64,000 bases of DNA, taken from the NCBI RefSeq assembly GCF_009914755.1, contig NC_060941.1; one strand, 5' to 3'. This document shows, piece by piece, positions 33,722-48,695 of the stretch. This DNA comes from the human T2T-CHM13v2.0 reference genome, Homo sapiens. How positions within the stretch are numbered: position 1 is the stretch's first letter; every line of letters begins with the position of its first letter. Below the pieces are notes generated by a model. It was not told where the DNA came from. It ran no database searches and worked only from the letters and a program-made list of their open reading frames with translations. A program made the position numbers and the translations under genes.

Positions 33722-35087
33722 TCACTATGTTGCCCAGGCTGGTCTTGAATTCCTAGGCTCAGGTGATCCCCCTATCTGGGCGTTTCAAAGTCCCGAGATT
33801 ACAGGCCCAGCCAGACTTCATTCTTAAGTAAATTTTAAAGTTTGCATTTGACAGACGCATGCTAGAAAATAATATCAAATGCCAGAGTGGAGAAGGGAAT
33901 ATGTAGATTCTCCCATGTATACCTCTCCCTTACTACCCTCCCCAAATTTCTTTAGTGCACAAAAGGACTATGGTAGGCAACAATAAACCAGGTTCATGTT
34001 CTTGTCAGTGCAGTTCAGTCTGTTTATAAGGGACACGCTGCTAAGAGTAAGATCTCTATTGTGTTCCTACGGAAAACAAAACGTAATACATCCAAGACAA
34101 AACTAGGTTATTCTTTGAGTCTATACTCATTAAAACATTAACAACCACTCATTCTAAGGCCAAGCTACAAATATAAAAACCAAAAAAGTATTTCAAAATA
34201 ATGACTGATGCTGTACCCCAATATTCTCATTTTTCTACCTACACATACCATCATTATCTACCTACAAGGTCCAGGAAGTCATTTGCCTACTTTTTATTCC
34301 TTCAGAGACACCAAAGTCCGTGTTTCCCAATTAATATATTTTACATGTGAAAACACATTAATAAACTCTGCAAAATGGAAAAAGGATGAGAAAGAATGAT
34401 GAGATAGATAATGTAAAAAGTATGTAACTACCAATATTCTGATAATAAGCAGTGACAGAGGAAATACAGGCAAATAGGAATCAAATGATTAGAATTTTCG
34501 TTAGTGATCATTTGGCAATGAGTGTATATATCAGTTGGCTCTCCAAGAAGGCAAATACTTGATTCTTGGCATTACTCTTTTCAATTTTCTAGTTCTGAAA
34601 AAAATTCCATTTTAATGGAAAAGGTAAAATAAAGGACAATGTAAATGATGTAGTTGAGAGAATATAAGCTTTAAAGTCAGTCCTTCGGTTTGATCCCAGA
34701 TCTTCCACCCTGATCATGACATTCAGGTTACTTTTTCTTTCAGCACCAGGTTCCCCACAGGTAAAATGGGTATAATATTATCTTCCTCACAAGGGTGGTG
34801 CGAGAAATAAATGAGATGTGATGTATGTGACATATGCAGGTACCCCCGTACCCAATATTATCTTTTTTTAGGGTTGTTGCAAGGAAAGAAATGTATGTGG
34901 AAGTGTAATCACAAAGCCTAGACCATAGCAAGTATCATATAAACACTCATTTCCTTTCCCTTCGAATCTTTATTTAAGTTGGAGCATTTTATTATTGGCT
35001 GGTAGTCATAGCATTTTATTATTGGCTGGAAGTCTCACGCAGCTGAAAATCCTGTGAAAAATGTAAATAGACAGGAATCTAACTCAC

Positions 35088-35190
35088 GTATTTGACATAT
35101 TCTTTCCACTGTTGCCACCACTGCATGGAGATGATAAACCAGTTGTGTCCTGCTTGCAGACCATACCTGCTCTCTCGTTCTAACCATCCT
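35088..35190 (-). CDS. USP32: USP32 coding exon (~12), DUSP N-part: GWLERESRYGLQAGHNWFIISMQWWQQWKEYVKY
   Basis: 103 nt, tacAG|A GGA ... TAC|GTGAGT, phase 2/0; overlaps ORF 35079..35261. Confidence 0.97.
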
Positions 35191-36062
35191 CTGTATGTAC
35201 AAAAGAAATTAAATACATCAAACAAAGTGTGAAATAGGTGGCAACGCACAAAAATTATCATTAGAAGTTTTATAAGGAAAACCGCGAAACATTTAGATGT
35301 AATTAGGAGAGACTGCCAAAACCCAATTAGTAAAACAACACTGTTTCTATTGATAAACCAATTTCAAGAGTCATAGGGCAGTATCAAGAATAATTACTTC
35401 AGGAAAAGATTCTGGGAAAAACTTAAAAATTAAAAAAAATTAGAAAAACAACTGGTGTTTCCAATTAATTAATTAATTACATTTTTTGCAGAATGTTCAT
35501 GTAACCAATGATGTTCTTCAAAACAGCCTTATTGAGGAATAATTTACATATATATAAAACTTACCTATTTTAAGTGTACAACTCAGTGATTTTGATAACT
35601 TTACAGATATGTGCAACCAACACCACAATCAGTTTGAGAACATTTAAAACATTTCAATTAATCCAAAAAGACTGCTGTAGCCATTTTTGGTCAATTCCTA
35701 TTACCACCCTCAGCAACAGGAAACCACTAATCTATGTTTTGTCTCTTACAGATTTGTCTTTTCTCAACTATTCATATAAATAAAATGATAAAACACATGG
35801 CCTTTTAAAAATTTGGCCTCTTTGACTTTGCGTGTTTTTGTGGTTCATCTATTATTGTGGCAGACATCAGTTGGTTGTGCTTTATTACTGAATAGTATTC
35901 CACTGTATGTATATATTACATTTTGTTTATCCATCCAACACCTAAAGAACATTTGAAACTGGCAAGTCAATTTCCAAAGTGGCTGTCCATTTAACATTCC
36001 CATCAGCAATTCTAGTGGGTGTGAAACACTGTTACACTGGGATTATAAAAAAAAAAATCTAC

Positions 36063-36063
<1 letters not shown>

Positions 36064-36106
<43 letters not shown>
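36064..36106. repeat. (TCTA)n tetranucleotide microsatellite derived from an Alu tail
   Basis: ~10 TCTA units directly adjoining an antisense Alu body. Confidence 0.95.
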
Positions 36107-37583
36107 CAGAATCTCACTCTAGCCTAGGCTGGAGTGCAGTGGTGCAATCTCAGCTCGCTGAAGCCTTGACCTCCTGGGCTCAAGCAATCCTCCTGCCTCA
36201 GCCTCACAAGTATCTGGGACTACAGGTGTGTGCTATGCCCAGCTAATTTTTTTTTTTTTTTTTTTTTAACTAGAGACAAGGTCTCACTATGTCACCCAGG
36301 CTGGTCTTGAACTCCCAAAAGTGTTGGGATTACAGACATGAGCCACTGTGCCCAACCAAAAACTATTTATTTTTTTGAGGTGAAAATGGCATAATATGAA
36401 ATTATTTTAAATCATACAATTCAATGGCATTTAGTACATCCAAAATGCTGTGTGACCACCTCTTATTAAGTTTCAAAACATTCTGATACACCTCAATTAA
36501 AAAGTCATCCATTAAATAGTTATTCCCCATTACCCACTTCGCCCAGACCTTAACAACCACCAGTCTGCTGTCTGGACCTATTGACTTGCCTGTTCTGGAT
36601 ATTTCATGTAAATGGGATGATTCAACATATGACCTTTTATGTCTGGCTTCCTTCATTTAACATGTTTGTGAGGTCCAACCATGTTGTAGTATGTATCAGT
36701 ACTTTATTCCTTTTTATGGTTGAATAATATTCCATGGTGTGTATATACTACATCTCGTTTAACCATTCATCCACTGATGGATGTATAGACTGTTTCTACC
36801 TTTTGGCTATTGTGAACAGTGGTACTATGAAAGTTGTGTTCAAGTATTTGAGTACCTGTTTTCAATTATTCTGGTATATATTTAGAAGTAGAATTGCTGG
36901 TACATGGAAATTCTTGCTGAGGAACTGCCAAACTGTTTTCCACAGTGATTGCACCATTTTACATTTCTACCAGCAATATATGAGAGTCCCTAATTTCCCT
37001 ACTTGCCAAAACCTTCCATTTTAAAAATTCTAATAATCTTATTGAGAAGTAGAATTTCATTGTTTTGACTTGCATTTCCCTAATGACTAATTACGTTGAG
37101 CATCTTTTCATGTGCTTGATGATCACTGAACATCTGGAGAAACATGTATTCAAGTCCATTTTTAGGTGTCTATTTTTAAATTGGGTTGTTTGCTTTTTGT
37201 TGTTAAGCTGTAGGAGTTCTTTATATATTCTAGTTAGGAGACCCTTATTGGATTATATTATCTCCCATTCTATAGGTTTTTTTGGTTTTAAAAATAATAT
37301 CTCTTGATGTATAAAAGTTTTAAGTTTTGCCAGGTACAGTGGCTCACACCTGTAATCTCAGCACTTTGGGAGGCTGAGGCAGGCGAATCGCTTGAGCCCA
37401 GGAGTTCAAGACCAGCCTGGGCAACATGGCAAACCCTCATCTCTACAAAATATACAAAAATTAGCTGGGCGCAGTGCCTCACGCCTATAATCCCAGCACT
37501 TTGGGAGACCGAGGCAGGCAGATAACCTGAGGTCAGGAGTTCGAGACCTGCCTGACTAACATGGTGAAACCCCGTCTCTACTA

Positions 37584-38006
<423 letters not shown>

Positions 38007-39372
38007 TCAAATAATTTTTGAGGAAATAGTTTTGTTAGATATAGAGATCTTGGTTACAGTTTTTCCCCCACTTTCAGTTCTTTAAAAAAATTACCATCCC
38101 ACTCACTTCTGGATTCCATGCTTTCTGATGAGAAACATGCTATTAATTTTATTGATGATCCATTGTATGGGACAAACAGCTTCTCTTTTGCTTTCAAGAT
38201 TCTCTCTTTGTTCTTGGCTTTGTAAAATACAGTTTCATTATAATGCTTCTCAGTGTGGATCACTTTGTTTATCTTTCTTTAAGTCCAATGAGCTTTTTGA
38301 ACGCGTAGGTTCACGTCTTAAGAAGTTTAGGACAATTATTTCTTCAAATATTCTGCCCTTTCCTTCTCTCTCCTTTCCTAAGATTCTTATGTTGACACAT
38401 ATGATGTTGTTCTATGGGTTTCTTACGTTCTGTTCATTTTTCGTCATTCTGTTTTCTTTCTGCTCCTCAGTCAATAATTTCAATGGACTTTTATTTAACT
38501 TCTCTGATTCATTCTTCTGCCTGCTCATATCTGATGGAGAACCCCTCTAATAGATTTCTCATTTCAGTTATTGTAGTTTTCAGCTCCAAAACCTGTTTGG
38601 TTCCTTTTTATACTTTCTCTTTATTGATACTCTATTTGTACATATATCATTCTCTTGGTTTCATTTATTTATTTCTTTATTTATTAGTTTTTGAGATGGA
38701 GTCTCGCTCTGTCACCCAGGCTGGAGTGCAAGTGGCACAATCTCAGATCACTACAACCTCCGCCTCCCGGGTTCAAGGGATTCTCCTGCCTCAACCTTCC
38801 AAGTAGTTGGGATTACAGGAGCCTGCCACCAGGCCTGGCTAATTTTTGTATATTTTTTAGTAGAGACGGGGTTTTACCATGTTGGCCAGGCTGGTCTCGA
38901 ACTCCTGACCTCAAATTATCTGCGCCTTGGCCTCCCAAAGTGCTGGGATTACAGGCGTGGGCCACCATGCCCAAGCCAATTCTCCTGGTTTCCTTTAGTT
39001 TGTTGTCCATCACCTCCATTAGCTCTTTGAACATATTTAAGATAATTGATTTTAAATGTTTGTCTACTAAGTCCAATGTCTGTGCTTCCTCAAAGAGAAT
39101 TTCTATTAATTTCCTCTGCGAATGGACCACACTTTCTTGTTTCTGCAATTTTTTGTTGAAAACAACATTTTGAGCATTAATGGTAACTCTAGAAATATTT
39201 CCCTCCACCTCAGGGTTTGCTTTCACTGACTGCTATAGTTGTTTGTTTAGTCACTTTTCTAAAATATTTTTATAAAGTCTGTCTTCCTTGTTATGTGTAG
39301 TTTCTTAAGTCTTCATTTCACTTGTGTTCGAAGAGCTAGTATTTTGACAGTGATTTCCTAGAATGGCAGAAG

Positions 39373-39478
39373 TGGGGAGAGGGAGAGAAGAAAAGAGAGA
39401 GGGAGGGAGAGAGAGGAAGAGAAAGAGAAAAAAGGGAGAGAGAGAGAGAGAGAGACAAAAGACAGAGACAAAGACAAA
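39373..39478. repeat. GA-rich low-complexity / (GA)n tract
   Basis: Near-pure purine run with (GA)n at ~39436-39454. Confidence 0.9.
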
Positions 39479-39928
39479 AACCACTACTGTCTTTGCAGAA
39501 TGGCGCTGTGCTGGGGCATTCCTACAATGGTTTACAACTATGCCTTAGCCTTCACTACCTGTACCCTTAGTCTAGAAGCTCAGCCAGAGGTGAAAGTTTA
39601 CGGGTCTTATAAGGTCTTTTCTGAGTGTGTATCTTGTTGTTGGCATGTGCAAAGCCTTCTAAATTACCCAATGTACAGTGTGCTTTTGGGTACTTTAATT
39701 TCCCAAGGAAACTCTCAAGTTCCCACCACCCGCAAGACTTTCAGCATTCTATTATATGCCTCAATTAAAATATTTTACCCCAGGTGACTGCAGGTGGCTG
39801 GCTCGTTTGCCTTACAGAACTTCTGACGAATAACCCTGCCTGCCTTTCCATCCTGGGTAAATTCTGAGTTAAGTATAACATAGCTGAGCATCTTGCAGTA
39901 GCTTTTCTGGTAGCCCCAGACGGTTTAG

Positions 39929-40177
<249 letters not shown>

Positions 40178-42472
40178 TGATTCACCCACTGTGGCCTCCC
40201 AAAGTGCTGGGATTACAGGTGTGAGCCAACGCACCCAGCCTGACAAACACAACTCTATAAATAAGGTATGTTCTGCTCTCTCTGAAACCAGGGACCAGGT
40301 GGGTTGCCATTTTCAAGGCTGCCATTACTAAACCAGACAATGGCAAATATATATACAGGCTTTTAAAAAATTATTATTTTTTTTATAATTTTTTAAATCA
40401 ACATTTGCTTAGTAGCTATAAATCTTTGTCTCTTTCTTCAGAGTTCCAACAGAGTTGAAATGGGCAGTTTGTTCTTTATTTTTCAATGTTTCTGTGGAGA
40501 GACAGGCTCTTAGAGCTACCCACTACATAATTTTCACTGAGTCACTCCTCTCATTGTGCTTTTAATTTGCCTTCTCTGAGGAAGCAGAACATCTTGTCAT
40601 GTACTTACATGTATGGTTAAGAGTCTATTCAACTCTTTTACACATTTTAAATTAGATTTTCTTGATGTCTTAATGTGTTGTAACAGTCCTTTATATATTC
40701 TGGACATGAATACTTTATCATATATAAAATTTGCAAATATTTTCTCTAGGGCTGTGAGGCTGTAGCTTTTATTTTCTTAATGCTCTCTCTTGAAACTCAA
40801 ACGTTTTTAATTTTTTCTAAGTCTTACACTTTTTTCCCCACTTATAAACTGTGCTTTTGGTGTTATATCTATGAAATCTTCTAATCCCAAATCACAAAGA
40901 TTTTCTACATTTGCTTTTCTAGAAGTGTTATATTTTTAGCTCTGATGTTTAGGTATAGGGAATCCATTTTGAGTATACTTTTAAGCATAGTGTGAGGTAA
41001 GGGGTCTAAAATAATCTGTTTGTGTATGGATATCCAAATTCTCCTGCACCGTTTTTTGTTTTTTAAAGAGACAGAATCTTGCTATGTTGTACAGGCTGGT
41101 ATGAGGTGGCTATTCACAGGTGTGATCACTGCATACTCACACTAAAGCCGTGAACTCCTGGGCTTAAGTGATCCTCCTGTCTCAGCCTCCTGAGTAGCTG
41201 GGACTACTGGCCAGCTACACCACTGTGCTCAGCTCCTCCTGGACCATTTTTTTTTCTTTTTAAAGTCAGTCCTTTCTCTACTGAATTTTCTTGACATCTT
41301 TAAAAAACAATAAAAATGATAATAAAAATAACCATTGACCAAAAATATAAGGGTTTCCTTTTTTTCTTTTTTCAGGCAGAGTCTCACCGTCACCCAGGCT
41401 GGGGTGTAGTGGCATGGTCTCAGCTCACTGCAACCTCCGCCTCCTGGGCTCAAGTGATTCTCCTGCCTTAGCCTCATGAGTAGCTGAGACTACAGTCGTG
41501 TGCCACCATGCCTGGCTAATTTTTGTGTTTTTAGTAGAGATAGGGTTTCGCCATGTTGGCCAGGCTGATCTCAAACTTCTGACATCAGTGAAACCACCTC
41601 TGCCTCCTAAAGTGCTGGGATTACAGGCATGAGCCACCACGCCTGGCCAAGGGTTTCCTTTTAAAATATCAATTCCATTTTACTGATCTCTATGATTCTC
41701 CTTATTCCAGTACTTGATTAATGTATCCTTAGGTAAATTGTGAAATCAGGAAGTCTAAGTCTTCTGTTTTTTGTCATTTTTTTGAAGTTGTTTAGGCTAG
41801 TCTGAGTTCTCTGCATTTCCCTATACAATTTAGGAATAGCTTGTCAATTTATAGAAAAAAGCTGGGATTTGATTAGGTGTGTTTTGAATCTATAGAACAA
41901 TTTGAGAAAATTGCCATATTGACAACAATAAGTTTTCAAATCCATTTACGTACATTTTCTTAAATTTCTGTCAGCAATGCTTTGTATCTTTCAGTGCACA
42001 AGTCTTGCACTTCTTTTGTTGAATTTGTTTCCAAGGGTTTGATTTCTTTTGACAATATAGTGAATGGAATTGTTGTCTTCTTTTTAATTGTACTTTCAAA
42101 TTATTCTATCTAGTACATGACAATTCAATTGATTGCTTAATCATTGATCTTGTATCCTGTCATGTTGCTGAACTCATTTTATTAATTCTAACAGTTTTTC
42201 TGTGAATTCTTCAGGGTTTTCTACACATAGGATCATGTTATCTGCAATTACAGACAGTTTTATTTTTCTTTACAATCTTGATGCCTTTTATTTCCTTTTC
42301 TTGCCTAATTTAACTAGCTTGAAGCTCTAATACAATGTTGATAAGTGCGGCAAAAGCAAGTATCCTTTCCTGATCTTATGGGAAAAGCCTTCAGTGTTCT
42401 ACCATTAAGTATGATCTCAGCTGTATGTTTTTCAAGATATTTTTTAGAGTGAGGAATTTCCCTTCCCCAAAG

Positions 42473-42685
42473 TTGTGAATGAGCATGACTGTGCTCTAGT
42501 AAAATGTTATTTATGTACACTGAAATGTGAATTTTATATAATTGTAAGGTGTCACAAAATATTTATCCCCTTTTGGTTTTTTCTAAGCCACTTAAAACGG
42601 TAAAAACATTTTTAGCTTGCAGATTGTACAGAATCAGGCAGTGGGACAAAGTTGGTCAATATGCCATAGTCTGCTGACTAACTGC
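42473..42685 (+). mobile_element. MER58B-like hAT-Charlie fragment
   Basis: AATGAGCATGACTGTG...ACACTGAAATGTGAATTTTATATAATT...GCCATAGTCTGCTGAC. Confidence 0.65.
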
Positions 42686-42870
42686 TGGCCTAGTATATGG
42701 TCTATCCTAGAACAATACTCTGTCTACATTTGAATATGTATTCTGTTGCTGTTGGCTGAAGGGTTCTGTTGGTGGGTGCATATATCATCATTTATCATAA
42801 TAAAATGTCTCTCTGGCTCCAGTAACTTGACTTTTGTAACCTAAAAGCCATTTTCTTTTCTTAACAGTAA

Positions 42871-43266
<396 letters not shown>

Positions 43267-44173
43267 TAGATTTTTCAAAAAACAAGTCAGTCTAAATCTT
43301 TGGCTTTTGATTATCTGTTCAATCTGTTTATATTTAAGGTAAAAACAGATGTGGATTTATGTCTGCTATTTAGTTTTTTGTTTTCTATGTATCAAGTCTA
43401 TTTGTTCCTCTATTCCTCTAGTTCTTTCTTTTGTGGTAAATAGGTATTTTCTAGGAATTTAAATAGGTAACATTTTAATGCCTTTTTAAATAAAACTATT
43501 TTGGGGGATCATTTTCTTAGAGATTGTTGTAGGGTTTACAATATGGATCTTAACATAGTCTACTTTATTGTTTATTTTACTTTATGTTTTTGAGATGTCA
43601 TCTTGCTCTGTCGCCCAGGCTGGAGAGCAGGCGTTCCATCTCAGCTTACTGCAACCTCTGCCTCCTGGGTTCAAGTGATTCTCCCACCTCAGCCTCATGA
43701 ATAGATAGGGTTACAGGCACGCACCACCACGCCAGGCTAATTTTTGTACTTTGAGTAGAGACGAGGTTTTGCCATGTTGGCCAGGCTGGTATCGAACTCC
43801 TGGCTTCAAGAGATCCGCCTGCCTTGGCCTCCCAAAGAGCTGGGATTACAGGCGTGAGCCATGGCACCCAGCCAACATAGTCTACTATGTTTGATTGATA
43901 CTAATTTATTCCAGTAAAGTATAGAAACTAAAAAAGTGTAGAAACTAAAACATAGAAACTTTGCTCAAATATAGCTCCCCTTCTACTCTCACCTTTGTGC
44001 TATTGTTGTCACTCATATAAGATCGTTATATGTAATGGGAACAACATGGTTTTATAATTATTGTCATGTAAAAATGTCTTTTAAACCAGTAAAAAATAAA
44101 ATAAACAGAATGGTATATTTATACTGTCTTTTATTATTACCTATGTAATTTCTACTATTGGTGCTCTTTATTT

Positions 44174-44643
44174 TTTTTTTTGGCAGTTTTTATGGTTTTA
44201 TTTAAACATAAAACATGCATATGAGCTGTCTATTCATTTTCTTCACAGGCTGGCATTGGGATTGGTGACTCTGATGGCCAGCTGGGCTGCTCTTTCCACA
44301 ATGTCTTTGCAGTTCTTGGAGGAAACACTGTGGGCAATCTCAGCACACTTGTTGCACGTCAGCAGCACTTCCAGCTCCTTGACATTGCGGACCAGGAAAT
44401 TCTGGAAGCCACTGGGCAGCATGTGGTTTGTTTTTTGTTGCTGAACCTTCTACAAACTCTGTTGTCAATACCTCTGGGTTTCTGTCAGTTACACTTAGTT
44501 TTGACATATCAGTGTAACTGGTGCTGGATGAAATTCTTGGTTCTCTTTTTGATGATCTTGGACTTCACAAGGGGTCTGAGGGCAGCTATGATGCCAAGTA
44601 GGAGATGGCTGCCACCTCCGTAGGCAGCGCCAAGGAAGAGAGC
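44174..44643 (-). pseudogene. RPL32P32: RPL32 processed pseudogene (probably RPL32P32)
   Basis: 5'TOP CTCTCTTCC; ATG mutated to ATA (44589-44587); AALRPLVKSKIIKKRTK...; in-frame stops; ~36-nt deletion (KGQILMPNIGYG missing); intronless with poly(A); TSD CTCTTTATTT at 44164-44173 and 44644-44653; pseudogene number from memory. Confidence 0.93.
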
Positions 44644-46106
44644 CTCTTTATTTGTTCATGTGGATGTTAATAACCGTCTGGTGTCACTTATTTTCAGCTT
44701 GAAGAACTTCCTTCAGTATTTAAAGACAGATTTCCTGGTAACAAATTTTCAGTGTTCATATAGGAATGTCTTTAGTTCACCTTCTTTTTTTTTTAATGTG
44801 TTTTTTTTTAAAAAGCTTTAAAAATATTTCTATTAAAAAATTATATATAATAATAGTATATGTTTTTGGGGTACATGTGATATTCTGATATATGCATACA
44901 ATGCGTAATGATCAAATATGGTAATTAGGATATTCATCACCTCAAATATTTATCATTTTTTTGGGTTGGGAATATTCCGAATCTTCTAGCTAATTTGAAA
45001 TATACAATAAATTATTTTTAACTATAGTTACCCTACTGTGCTATTAAACACTAGAAGTCATTCATTCTATCCAACTGTATTTTTACAGTCATTAACTAAC
45101 CTCTCTTCAATATTATCCCTCCTGCCCTTGCCAGCCTCTGATAACCATCATAATACTCTCTAATTCCACGAGATCAACTTTTTTAGCTCCCACTTAAAAG
45201 TGAGAACACGTGATATTTGTCTTTCTATGCTTGGCCTATCTCACTTAACGTAATGACCTCCGGTTTTATCCATGTTGCTGCAGATGACAGGATTGCATTC
45301 ATTTTATGGCTGAATAACATTTTATTGTGTATGTGTGTGTGTATATATATATATATTTTTTTTTTTTCTTTATCCATTCATCAACTGATGGACACTTAAG
45401 TTGATTCTGTATCTTGGCTATTGTAAGTAGTGCTGCAATAAACACAGGGGTGTAGATAGCTCTTTGCTTTACTGATTTCCTTTCTTCTGAATATATACCC
45501 AGCAGTGGGATCGCTGGATAATATGGTGGATCTATTTTTAGTTTATTGGGGCACCTCCATACTGTTTTCCATATTGACTGTACTAATTTACATTCCCATC
45601 AATAGTGTACTAGCACTTCCCTTTCTTCACATCCTCATCAGAATCAGTTATTCTTTGTCTTTTTTATAATAGCCATTTTAACTGGGAGATAATATTTCAT
45701 TGTGGTTTTGATATTTCGATTATGATTAGTGATGTTGAGCATTTTTTCATATATCTGCTGGCCATTTGTATGTCTTTTTTTGAGCAATGTCTATTCAGAT
45801 CACTTGCCCATTTTTAAATTGGGTTATTTGGTTTTTTGTTATTGAGTTGAGGCCTTTATACATTCTGGTTATTAAAACCTTGATGAATGGATAGTTTGCA
45901 AATATTTTCTCCTATTCTGTTGGTTGTCTCTTCACTCTGTTGACTGTTTCCTTTGCTGTAAAGCTTTTTAACTTGATGAAATCCTGTTTGTCCATTTTTG
46001 CTTTGGCTGACTGTGCTTTTGAGGTATTATACAGTGTCATACCACTCAGACAAATGTCCTACAGCATTTCCCCAATTTCGTCTAGTAGTTTAGGTCTTAG
46101 ATTTAA

Positions 46107-46358
<252 letters not shown>

Positions 46359-46524
46359 TGATCCAGCCGTCTCGGCCTCCCAAAGTGCTGGGATTACAGG
46401 CATGAGCCACCTCGCCCAGCCTCTTTAATCCATTTTGATTTGATTTTAGTGTATGGTAAGAAATTGGGAACTGGTTTCATTCTTCTGCACGTGGATATCC
46501 AATTTTTCCAGCACCATTTATTGA

Positions 46525-46862
<338 letters not shown>

Positions 46863-48658
46863 TGATCCACCTACCTCAGCCTCCCAAAGCACTAGGATTA
46901 CAGGCGTGAGCCACCACGCCTGGCCTGGATTTATTTCTGGGTTCTCTGTTCTGTTCCATTGGTCTATTTGTCTGTTCTTATGTCAGTGCCATGCTGTTTT
47001 GGTTACTATAGCTTTGTAGTGTATTTTGAAGTCAGGTAGTAATTCACCTTTATTTCTGAATTACAGTTCTGCTAGATAAAGAATTCTGGATTGACAGTTT
47101 TTGCTTTTTTGGTTTTTTCCTTATATCACTTTCTCATATCACTGCACACTGAGCTCTATTGTTTCAAAAAGTCAGCTGTTTATCACATTGTGGTTCCCTT
47201 CTACATGATGAGTCTTTCTGCTCTTGTGGCTTTCAACTTCTTCCTTTGTCTTTAGTTTTCAACACTTTGACAATGATATGTCTAGGTGTGATTCTTTCTG
47301 TGTTTAACCTAGTTGGAGTTCATTAAGCTTCTAAGATTAATAATTTTCGAGAAATTTTAGAACTTTCAGACATTATCTTGTCAAACTTTTTTCTGCTTCT
47401 TTCTTTCCTTCTGAGACTTTCATTATGCATATTTTGGTAGACTTGATCATGTTCCAACTTCTGTGAAACTCTGTTCATTTATTTGGTCTTCTTTCTCTCT
47501 TTCTGATGAAATAATCTCTATTGATCCATATTCTGTTTTGCTGAATATTTCTCTGTCAACTCAAATCTGCTAGAATTTCTATTTGATTCTGTTTTAAATT
47601 TTTATTTATTTATTGCTATTTTCTATTTGGACAAGTCAGTGAGATCATACATTCCTCTAATTCTTTAAATACAGCTTCGTTTAGCTCTTTGAAAACATTT
47701 ACAATAGTTGTATTGAAGTCTTTGTGTGCTAAGGAGAACATCTGCTGCCACCTCTGAGACAGTTTCTACTATTCTTTGTTTTTTCCTCGTATATGGGTCA
47801 CATTTTCCTGTTTTATTCCATGTCTCATAATTTTTTCTTGTTGAAAACTGAACACATTTGATACTTTATATTAGCAACTCTGGATTCTGAACCCCTGTGT
47901 GTTTTGTTTTGTTTTACGACTTCCTGGAACAATTCTGTAGAGTTTATCTTCCGGTACAGTATCTTGCAGTGTGAAGCTGCTCAGTTTCTTCGTGTTTTCT
48001 TTTTTATTATCTGTTTTTATTTTTAAGCTTGGCCTTCTTGGGGTGAGCCTAACTTACTGGTCAGCCAATGACTGCTGAGAGGTTGTGCTCTCAGCAGTTT
48101 ACTGGTTGTGTTTAGCCAGTAACATTCACACCCTTTTCCTGATGGATCTGTACATGGTTTGGGGAATGCATTTAAAGTTTGGGCAGGTTACAAGCCTACC
48201 CTGGCTTTTACTTTCTGCACATGCAAGGCTTCACCTTCAACTAGGGAAGAATAAAGTGCTAAAGCCCACTTTGGTTTCTCCTGAGTTTGTGTATAGCCTT
48301 GTACAAGCAGTCTACAGATCACTGGGGACATGAGAAAGCTTGCTAAGGCTCACTATGGTGATCCTGTTCCCTGTTAAAAATTTGACTGGTCTGTTGTTAG
48401 TCTGCTGCTTCCCCTAACCAGTATTTTATCCCCAAGCTGGTGATGTCAGTTTTCCCTCACTGTTTACCACCATGATGGTATGTATTTATTTTATTATCCT
48501 TGGACAGGCATTTATTCCTGCTCTCCTTCAAATCATGAATCAGACTGACAGCCCATGCAGACTTGCTGGATGGGAGGAAATGAAAGCTGCTCCTGGTTAA
48601 ATTACCACACACTTCCATTGTTCTCACCAAGGATTAGTAGTTCTTGAATAAATGCTTC

Positions 48659-48695
48659 TCAATTTCTTGTATATATTTGGTCAGTTTCCAGAGTC
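48659..48695 (-). CDS. USP32: Alternative terminal exon CDS of a short USP32 isoform: (R)TLETDQIYTRN*
   Basis: tttcAG|G ACT CTG GAA ACT GAC CAA ATA TAT ACA AGA AAT TGA is phase-compatible with exon 11; AATAAA signals downstream on the minus strand (48511-48516, 48485-48495); peptide matches my recollection of a 390-aa isoform; polypyrimidine tract is weak. Confidence 0.7.

Noticed and set aside
44256-44623. Plus-strand ORFs of 62 and 97 aa
   Set aside because: Antisense shadows of the RPL32 pseudogene
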